The position numbers were made by a program, and so were the translations under genes. From the NCBI GenBank assembly GCA_011911785.1, contig GCA_011911785.1_4084.1: 64,000 bases of DNA; one strand, given 5' to 3'. The stretch comes from a phage. Under the pieces are notes generated by a model, which was not told where the DNA came from, ran no database searches, and saw nothing but the letters and a program-made list of their open reading frames with translations. Shown here in pieces: positions 57,358 to 64,000 of the stretch (position 1 is its first letter; every line of letters begins with the position of its first letter).

Positions 57358-58141
57358 AAAGATATTAAAAGATAACTTAACAAAGTACTTGATGAATTGC
57401 GACCGTGATGTACGCCGTAATTTTAACGGGTACTTAAAACGTTATCCTTACATCATGTTTTGTCCTATTAAAATTAATAACGAGGAAGAACACGATTGTC
57501 TTCACATTGGATTCACAAATCGTGTACTGAATAAAAGTGAATTGTCTGATTCGGACGTATGGATTGAAACAGATGCACATGAGACTAATGTTTTCTATCT
57601 GTATACTCCATATGCAGAGATTGTACATAACATATGTGATGCTGTATTCATTAGTACTGATGAGTTTCCAAAACTTTATATAAAGCCAGCACCACTTAAA
57701 GTTGCTATCAATGCACCATCTGTCGGGGAGGATGTATTTGGTACAATACAGTACTGTGTAGAAGAACATTTGGATCGTGAGATTTCAATTGAAATGGCAG
57801 ACATGCTTGCTGATGCTGTATCTGAATGTACGGCCCTTGAAAGTTACCTTATATATGATAAATCGTATTATAATTTTAATAACATTGTTGAAGGTGAAAT
57901 CACAGTATGTATCAAATACAACAGTGAAGTTATTGGGTTTGTTCATTGTAAAGGGCATGATTTGTACCGTAAGAACATATCAGTTGTTGATCTAGAGAAA
58001 TGGAATCAGGTGATGGATTTAATCATTGACAACAGCGGTGTAAATGATATACTCGTTAAACAATATAGAGTAATCAACCCTAAAGATGACTGTGATTTGT
58101 ACTTCCCAGTACAAGGTGTAACTGACGAGGATAAGCGATGA
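57323..58141 (+). CDS. hypothetical protein (272 aa; start uncertain)
   Basis: ORF track; in-frame ATGs at 57323, 57332 and 57347. Confidence 0.5.
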   Translation: MSKMRNRIMSIEKILKDNLTKYLMNCDRDVRRNFNGYLKRYPYIMFCPIKINNEEEHDCLHIGFTNRVLNKSELSDSDVWIETDAHETNVFYLYTPYAEIVHNICDAVFISTDEFPKLYIKPAPLKVAINAPSVGEDVFGTIQYCVEEHLDREISIEMADMLADAVSECTALESYLIYDKSYYNFNNIVEGEITVCIKYNSEVIGFVHCKGHDLYRKNISVVDLEKWNQVMDLIIDNSGVNDILVKQYRVINPKDDCDLYFPVQGVTDEDKR

Positions 58142-58401
58142 AAATTTTAGAATACGTATATGGCAGTGAACATCAAAGCACTCTTTATGTTGGTAATGAA
58201 TTCAGTCCAGACCCTCTGGATATGTTACAACGCATTCAAGGGTTGAAGAAAGATATCAGTACTAAGGAACCGTTTGTTAAGCGTGTTGACGTTCAATCAC
58301 GCAATCCAGAAGAATATATTACCACAGATGCTGATATTAAAAAACTTCTTGCAAAGAATGGTTATGTTGAGTATAATCCTCACATCGTCAATCTTCAATA
58401 A
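58138..58401 (+). CDS. hypothetical protein (87 aa)
   Basis: ORF track; GAGGA RBS; ATGA overlap. Confidence 0.5.
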   Translation: MKILEYVYGSEHQSTLYVGNEFSPDPLDMLQRIQGLKKDISTKEPFVKRVDVQSRNPEEYITTDADIKKLLAKNGYVEYNPHIVNLQ

Positions 58402-58411
58402 GGGAAAGCGA

Positions 58412-58687
58412 ATGACCGAATCAACAGAAGTACTGAAAGAACGCCTATCTAAACTCCGTGAAGAACGCCGCATTGTTCGTCTGGATTGGGATATTCTTAA
58501 CCGCAAGGATGAACAATCCTATGCCAACTGGAGTTCAGATAAAGTTCGTAACGAACGTTCTAAAGAAGATGCTAAACAATTTTCAGCACTGTCCAAGCGT
58601 CTATCATGTCTGAATAGTGAGATTACTGGAATTCAAAAAGAAATCACTGAGCGTTTACTATCTGAACTGAGATCAATGTATGAATAA
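58412..58687 (+). CDS. hypothetical coiled-coil protein (91 aa)
   Basis: ATG 58412 with AAGGGAAAG RBS; ORF-track start 58274 lies inside the previous gene. Confidence 0.5.
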   Translation: MTESTEVLKERLSKLREERRIVRLDWDILNRKDEQSYANWSSDKVRNERSKEDAKQFSALSKRLSCLNSEITGIQKEITERLLSELRSMYE

Positions 58688-58976
58688 ACATGAAGTTCTA
58701 GTTTTTGATAATAAGTTCTATGTACCAACATGTGGAAGTACTGAATCATATTATCTAATTAATAATATCATGTCAGCAACCCAAACGTGTTGCCGTCAAC
58801 GTCCAGGTGAGTACGAGTTCAGCCAGACTATCGGGTATTACCGTTATACTGAGTTGGAAAGTTTCACAATTGATTCTAAAAAAGTTATTGACGTTCTTAT
58901 CAGTAACGGTTACAATGAACAAGAATCAAATAACACTGATTTACCTGTAGTTGAGATTGTTCTAAAAAATTCTTAA
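58680..58976 (+). CDS. hypothetical protein (98 aa)
   Basis: ORF track. Confidence 0.5.
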   Translation: MNKHEVLVFDNKFYVPTCGSTESYYLINNIMSATQTCCRQRPGEYEFSQTIGYYRYTELESFTIDSKKVIDVLISNGYNEQESNNTDLPVVEIVLKNS

Positions 58977-59003
58977 GAAGTTGTGGAACAATTTCGAATC
59001 CAA

Positions 59004-59012
59004 TGATATAAT
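59004..59012 (+). promoter_or_regulatory. extended -10 promoter element (TGaTATAAT)
   Basis: AATGATATAATG; a CCTCAA-TGA-TTGAGG hairpin lies in the downstream leader. Confidence 0.4.
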
Positions 59013-59095
59013 GTTTTCATCGGCAGATGTTAAAATGCAAATCACTTCCTCAATGATTGAGGGTTCTATAAAAAAGAAATAAAAGGGTATTAACA

Positions 59096-59305
59096 ATGGC
59101 ACAAGAAATTAAAGCACAAGTACTAGACGTAACTGATTTTGACCGCACTGTAAACTACATTCAGTTCCAAATTCACCAAGCGGAAGAAGCACTTGCTCAA
59201 TTCCACGGTACTGGTGCTAAGCCAATCATGTTCGCTCATCTCATCACTTGGAAGAAAAATCTCCAAGAAGAACTACACGAACTGCGTAAAGCAAATCGTA
59301 AGTAA
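59096..59305 (+). CDS. hypothetical protein (69 aa)
   Basis: ORF track; AAAGGG RBS. Confidence 0.5.
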   Translation: MAQEIKAQVLDVTDFDRTVNYIQFQIHQAEEALAQFHGTGAKPIMFAHLITWKKNLQEELHELRKANRK

Positions 59306-59316
59306 TTAGGGTTTAT

Positions 59317-59343
59317 GCCCTGTCCATATGGATGGGGCTTTTT
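59317..59343 (+). terminator. intrinsic terminator
   Basis: GCCCTGTCCAT/ATGGATGGGGC hairpin followed by TTTTT. Confidence 0.6.
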
Positions 59344-59370
59344 AATCAAAAGTATAGAGGAAAAAAGAAA

Positions 59371-59910
59371 ATGGGTGTAGAATATTATTTTTTATTTGGA
59401 TGCCTTAGTGTTCTGGTGTTGATAACAGTAGGATTAATTATTAATACATGCATAAGTGGTTCTAAATATTTTCGTTCTTTCCAGTTTCTTATGTCAGCTA
59501 TGTCATATAATAAAGAAGCTGATACAGCCATTAATCTATTACTAGATAAGACTGAAGCTGGAATACTTATTGCGAAATTATCACCATCTGATGACACGAT
59601 TATGTTTGTCAATCCTAACGATGAAGAAACAACACTTGTAGCAAATCAATATCGCACTAGTCATGCAGATCCACGTTATGTTAAAGTTCTTAATTCAGAA
59701 GGTGAAATCTGGATTGGTTCTAAATACTATGCTTATGGATACATCCATCGTTACTACGGTCAACGAAAGGAAGAATTTTATAAGAAACGTCCAAGTTTAA
59801 ATACATTTAAACGTATTCTAAAACTTGAACACGAGTTAAAGAAACCAAGTTCAGAAAACGCAGCACCAAATCATGTGCATAAGCGTGATAGTGATATCGT
59901 GGAGTTATAA
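59371..59910 (+). CDS. membrane-anchored protein (179 aa)
   Basis: ATG 59371 with AGAGGAAAA RBS; N-terminal TM helix. Confidence 0.5.
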   Translation: MGVEYYFLFGCLSVLVLITVGLIINTCISGSKYFRSFQFLMSAMSYNKEADTAINLLLDKTEAGILIAKLSPSDDTIMFVNPNDEETTLVANQYRTSHADPRYVKVLNSEGEIWIGSKYYAYGYIHRYYGQRKEEFYKKRPSLNTFKRILKLEHELKKPSSENAAPNHVHKRDSDIVEL

Positions 59911-60206
59911 TGTCACCAGATGAAGCAAGTAAAGTCCTCGTTGAAGTTCAAAATCGACTTCTACACGTAATGGACGCAGTAAAAGATTTACCACAAGGAT
60001 ATCAGTACAAGGTTCGCGAAATGCTTTCTTGTGCTGAAACCGTAGTCTCGATGTATTGTGATGTTCAACACGGAATTATCCCTGAAGTTCTGAAGAAAGA
60101 TGTAACAGAAGAACGAGAAATCCCTGAAGAAGTTCAGGTAACACAAGTTGTTAAACAAAAAACAATCCTTGATATTAGTGATATCAATCTAGACTTAGGA
60201 GATTAA
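59910..60206 (+). CDS. hypothetical protein (98 aa)
   Basis: ORF track; GGAG RBS. Confidence 0.5.
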   Translation: MSPDEASKVLVEVQNRLLHVMDAVKDLPQGYQYKVREMLSCAETVVSMYCDVQHGIIPEVLKKDVTEEREIPEEVQVTQVVKQKTILDISDINLDLGD

Positions 60207-60208
60207 AA

Positions 60209-60352
60209 ATGAGTTCACAGAAAGTTGATTTGGTTTTAAAACTCCAAGAGATTCAAGCACTTGCAAAAAATCTCGATGAAAAAAGTACTAAAATGGTAGA
60301 CGACCTCTGTGCATCTATTTTAGTAGTGTTTGCTGAAGCAGAAAAGAAATAA
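60209..60352 (+). CDS. small ORF (47 aa)
   Basis: AGGAG RBS 7 nt upstream of ATG; terminator immediately downstream; below ORF-track cutoff. Confidence 0.45.
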   Translation: MSSQKVDLVLKLQEIQALAKNLDEKSTKMVDDLCASILVVFAEAEKK

Positions 60353-60360
60353 AATATATT

Positions 60361-60390
60361 ACCCAGTACTTAGATACTGGGTATTTTTTT
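60361..60390 (+). terminator. intrinsic terminator
   Basis: ACCCAGTA-(6 nt)-TACTGGGT hairpin followed by ATTTTTTT. Confidence 0.7.
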
Positions 60391-60401
60391 AAGGAAAATT
60401 C

Positions 60402-60794
60402 ATGACTGATACTGACTTACAAAAACTCATTGATTACATCTATGAAATGGTTCAAGATAAAAACAATATAAATTACATAGCTTCCGGCTCAAAACCAATT
60501 GGAAATGTAATGACATATTCTTTGTCTTTGTGGTTACATCAGTACTATAAGGTTGATTGTGTGTATTATCGCCCAGATATCAATGCATTTTATTTTGTGA
60601 ACCCAGCAGTATTGTTTGACCGATCAAAGAAGCTTCCAGATGATGAATCATTTATACCTAGTCCATTCTATGTATCCGAATCAGACGAAGACGAGTTCCA
60701 AAAAAATACTTCTTTAGAACGTGGTGCGGGATGTATCCCTTATAAACTCAAAGATAAAATTGATTTCATTGTAGAAGTTATGAAAACATGTTGA
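60402..60794 (+). CDS. hypothetical protein (130 aa)
   Basis: ORF track; AAGGAAAA RBS. Confidence 0.55.
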   Translation: MTDTDLQKLIDYIYEMVQDKNNINYIASGSKPIGNVMTYSLSLWLHQYYKVDCVYYRPDINAFYFVNPAVLFDRSKKLPDDESFIPSPFYVSESDEDEFQKNTSLERGAGCIPYKLKDKIDFIVEVMKTC

Positions 60795-60843
60795 TAAGTA
60801 CAGTGAACTATGATATAATACTATGACTTACTAAGGAGAACAT

Positions 60844-61413
60844 ATGAACTTTATTAAATTCAACTCATCTGAGTCAGAATCATACTTTAATACAAATAAT
60901 AAATTTAATATTATTCTTAAAGACGGAACGGTTGTTATCGGAGTATCATTGCTTTCATTTGATGGCGAAAAACTCAAAACTGTTTATAAATTCACCAATC
61001 TTGATGGTGATTACTGGGATACGTCAGATGTATCTAAAATTTGCACACATTATGTATTTGAATCTATTGAAGTTGGTGATGGCTGGGCATTGACCTGTAA
61101 TGGTAATAAAGTATTTTCTGGTAACATATTTGGGGTAATTTCCAGTAAAGAAATCGTAGACCATCATCTTCATGTTCTCAATAATAACGCCAACACTTAT
61201 ACACCTGATAATATCAAAATTCACGATATTGTAACATATACTGATTATAATGGTTTCAGACATAAAGCAATTGTAACTGAAGTTAAAAAACCAAAAAATT
61301 ATTTCGACCACGGTTTAATTGAAGTATATATGGTAGGTGGCGAAAAACAATACTTTGATCATTTCACTTATACTGGTTGGGATAGATTCCTAACCGTTGT
61401 TGAGGAATACTAA
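60844..61413 (+). CDS. hypothetical protein (189 aa)
   Basis: ORF track; AAGGAG RBS. Confidence 0.55.
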   Translation: MNFIKFNSSESESYFNTNNKFNIILKDGTVVIGVSLLSFDGEKLKTVYKFTNLDGDYWDTSDVSKICTHYVFESIEVGDGWALTCNGNKVFSGNIFGVISSKEIVDHHLHVLNNNANTYTPDNIKIHDIVTYTDYNGFRHKAIVTEVKKPKNYFDHGLIEVYMVGGEKQYFDHFTYTGWDRFLTVVEEY

Positions 61414-61414
61414 C

Positions 61415-61891
61415 ATGCCAATTCGTGGTATACCAGAACCATTAAGTGAAGTTCTTAAGAATGTCAATGTTGGAACACGAGAAGTTAATCAGCGACGTGG
61501 TAATATATATTACTTTAAAACTACAGGAATGAGTTCTATACAGGTTGTTATTGGCACATCTATTACGGTCACGCGTGTTCTTGATGGTAGTACTGACTTC
61601 GTTGGATACAATGTACTTACTAATAAAGTAACACATACATATAAATGGAGTGGTTATAAAACCATCACATATGAGTTTGACTTAGCTAGAACTGAAGAAG
61701 AACGATTTATGTTGAGTACTATTAATCCAGCAAACTATCCTGACCTTGATGCATTTTTGCTAATTTTAAAATTGTATAATGAAGCAAATGAGAAAGCTAA
61801 AGAGTATGATAGAATCATGTATGAACGTAGAAAAGAACGTTCTCAAAAAAGTTATGATCTGTATGAAAGTTACATTCATAGATCCAAATGA
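61415..61891 (+). CDS. EE-x-FQ-x-SL motif family protein (member 10, FM variant)
   Basis: TEEERFMLSTINPA motif; GAGGAA RBS; ATG 61415. Confidence 0.5.
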   Translation: MPIRGIPEPLSEVLKNVNVGTREVNQRRGNIYYFKTTGMSSIQVVIGTSITVTRVLDGSTDFVGYNVLTNKVTHTYKWSGYKTITYEFDLARTEEERFMLSTINPANYPDLDAFLLILKLYNEANEKAKEYDRIMYERRKERSQKSYDLYESYIHRSK

Positions 61892-61929
61892 AATAAATAG
61901 TTACCTATAGATTAATCTAAGGAGTAACT

Positions 61930-62280
61930 ATGTTTAAAAGTAATCTTAAAGTAGAATTAATTAATAACGAAGGTCAACGTTGGAAAGTTCTAGAAGATCT
62001 AGAATACGAGTATAACGGTATTAAAATTGTTGTTCCCGCAGGTTTCAAAACTGATTTTGCAAGCGTCCCACGTATTCGTGGTATATTTGAACTAGTCGGT
62101 AATATGGGTCACGCCGCAGCAACAATACATGACTACTTGTATAGTACTGGTATGCTATCCCGTAAAGATAGTGATAAGGTGCTACTACAGGCTCTACGTG
62201 CTACTGAAGTTGGTAAGCCACGTAGTATGATTATGTATGCTGGTGTTCGTGTATTCGGTTGGTTGTTTTACAAAAAATAA
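61930..62280 (+). CDS. hypothetical protein, DUF1353-like
   Basis: GFKTDFASVPR motif typical of the phage-associated DUF1353 family; AAGGAG RBS. Confidence 0.5.
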   Translation: MFKSNLKVELINNEGQRWKVLEDLEYEYNGIKIVVPAGFKTDFASVPRIRGIFELVGNMGHAAATIHDYLYSTGMLSRKDSDKVLLQALRATEVGKPRSMIMYAGVRVFGWLFYKK

Positions 62281-62286
62281 AACTAT

Positions 62287-62319
62287 TTATGAGTACTGCA
62301 AGCAGTACTCATTTTTTTT
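62287..62319 (+). terminator. intrinsic terminator
   Basis: ATGAGTACTGC/GCAGTACTCAT hairpin followed by TTTTTTTT. Confidence 0.7.
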
Positions 62320-62333
62320 ACTCCGAGGTACAT

Positions 62334-62549
62334 ATGAAAGTTATTATTAATCCAGCATCAAACTTTTTTGGTGAGGTTTTCGGTGCAGACAGTATTGTGC
62401 ATAATTTTCCACGAATTGAAATCGACGGAATTGAAGTCCAACGATATGGCAACCTGTACTATGTAATAGATGAAAATGGTTCTATTGTACACGACAGTGC
62501 ATTCTTTACCGAAGAAGAGATGAAACACTTGATAGTACTGGACAAATAA
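62334..62549 (+). CDS. hypothetical protein (71 aa)
   Basis: ATG 62334 with GAGG RBS; ORF-track start 62259 lies inside the terminator. Confidence 0.45.
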   Translation: MKVIINPASNFFGEVFGADSIVHNFPRIEIDGIEVQRYGNLYYVIDENGSIVHDSAFFTEEEMKHLIVLDK

Positions 62550-62550
62550 A

Positions 62551-62736
62551 ATGACACTAGATGAATGGCATAAAAGAAACGATAAGCTGTATGAAAATGA
62601 TATTTTCTTCTTCGCATTCGGTGGTCTTGGAAGTATTTTACGTGATAGTGATGATTACTTCAATTCGATCATTAGCTATTATGATTGCTATGGGACTATG
62701 TACGCCATAGCACGAACAACGGGATGTTACAAATGA
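62551..62736 (+). CDS. small protein with MT-x-DEW N-terminus (61 aa)
   Basis: ORF track; N-terminus MTLDEWHKRN resembles the MTH(E/Q)EW repeated genes. Confidence 0.45.
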   Translation: MTLDEWHKRNDKLYENDIFFFAFGGLGSILRDSDDYFNSIISYYDCYGTMYAIARTTGCYK

Positions 62737-62915
62737 CACATCAAGAATGGTTAGATGAATTAAAATTCAAACATGATCATTTTGGCTTTGGTGTACGCCA
62801 GGGTCATTATGATATTTTAAAAGATAAGAACAAGTTTAAATCATTTATCTTGGATGATGATAGTAATCGCTGGTTCATCTATGAGCTTGCGGTTAGAGGT
62901 AAAAAAATTGACTAG
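62733..62915 (+). CDS. MTH(E/Q)EW small protein, copy 1 (60 aa)
   Basis: ATGA overlap with previous stop; paralogue of 63461-63637. Confidence 0.5.
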   Translation: MTHQEWLDELKFKHDHFGFGVRQGHYDILKDKNKFKSFILDDDSNRWFIYELAVRGKKID

Positions 62916-62960
62916 TACTGATATATATGCTATTCTTTTGTTTTAATCAGGAGAACAATA

Positions 62961-63460
62961 ATGCTCATTACGCATGTACCGGAAAGTATTACTGAAATTT
63001 TAAGTAAAATTAATGTTAATGAGTTTGAACGAACCGTTCGAAAACAGGGTACTTATCACTATAAGCACAAAGATGGTGATCATCAAATAAGCTTAGATCA
63101 GAACTATCAAACTCTAACAATTAAAATGGTTACTCGCTGGAATTTCGTTCGTAAAGACACTATTATCTGTGATTTTGGTAAAAATCTACTTAGAAAATGT
63201 TTCTCTGAAACAAATGGCATCTATCCAAACCCGAATAGAATTTTTACATATCGATACATCACAGATGAAGATGTACATTTCCAAGAGAGTTTGGTATGCG
63301 ATAATAAGTACTTTCCCGCATTTTCTGATAATTTGAAGTTAAAAGAACTATATAACTATTTCTTAAACGACAATATCCTGTGGGATGAAGAATTAAAACA
63401 ACGACAAATAGAACGTGAAAAGAAAAAAGTCTGGACTGGCTCACATTGGATGCAACGTAA

Positions 63461-63464
<4 letters not shown>
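62961..63464 (+). CDS. EE-x-FQ-x-SL motif family protein (member 11)
   Basis: DEDVHFQESLVCDN motif; AGGAG RBS. Confidence 0.55.

Positions 63465-64000
<536 letters not shown>

Overview
This 64-kb window is a gene-dense, AT-rich segment of a lytic dsDNA phage genome, transcribed almost entirely on the + strand. All calls come from reading the sequence and ORF translations by eye; no database search or RNA-folding tool was run. The recognisable core is a T4-type replication and nucleotide-metabolism module: primase plus DnaB-like helicase (5069-7663), class I ribonucleotide reductase nrdA/nrdB (13412-16900), DHFR, bacterial-type RNase HI and a Dda-like helicase (20444-22733), type II topoisomerase large and medium subunits (28232-31657), GroES-like co-chaperonin, clamp-loader ATPase, a HAD-type phosphatase and a DexA-like exonuclease. 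Many genes are framed by consensus sigma70-like promoters (TTGACA-N17-TATAAT, several with dyad symmetry across the -10) and by intrinsic terminators. The less expected content is: (1) an array of at least 11 small paralogous genes between 48.4 and 63.5 kb that share a C-proximal EE-x-F-Q-x-S-L motif I cannot assign to a known family; (2) translation-related genes, namely an IF3 homologue, a PTH2-type peptidyl-tRNA hydrolase and a tRNA cluster with one clean tRNA-Ser and two non-canonical tRNA-like elements; (3) an orphan C5-cytosine methyltransferase preceded by a promoter-terminator unit with no ORF; (4) a KTSC-domain gene split by a +1 frameshift; (5) the only opposite-strand island (18.6-20.0 kb), encoding paralogous membrane-anchored proteins. 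No integrase, transposase, CRISPR array or rRNA was seen. Most remaining ORFs are hypothetical and their start codons are my best guesses from RBS context.
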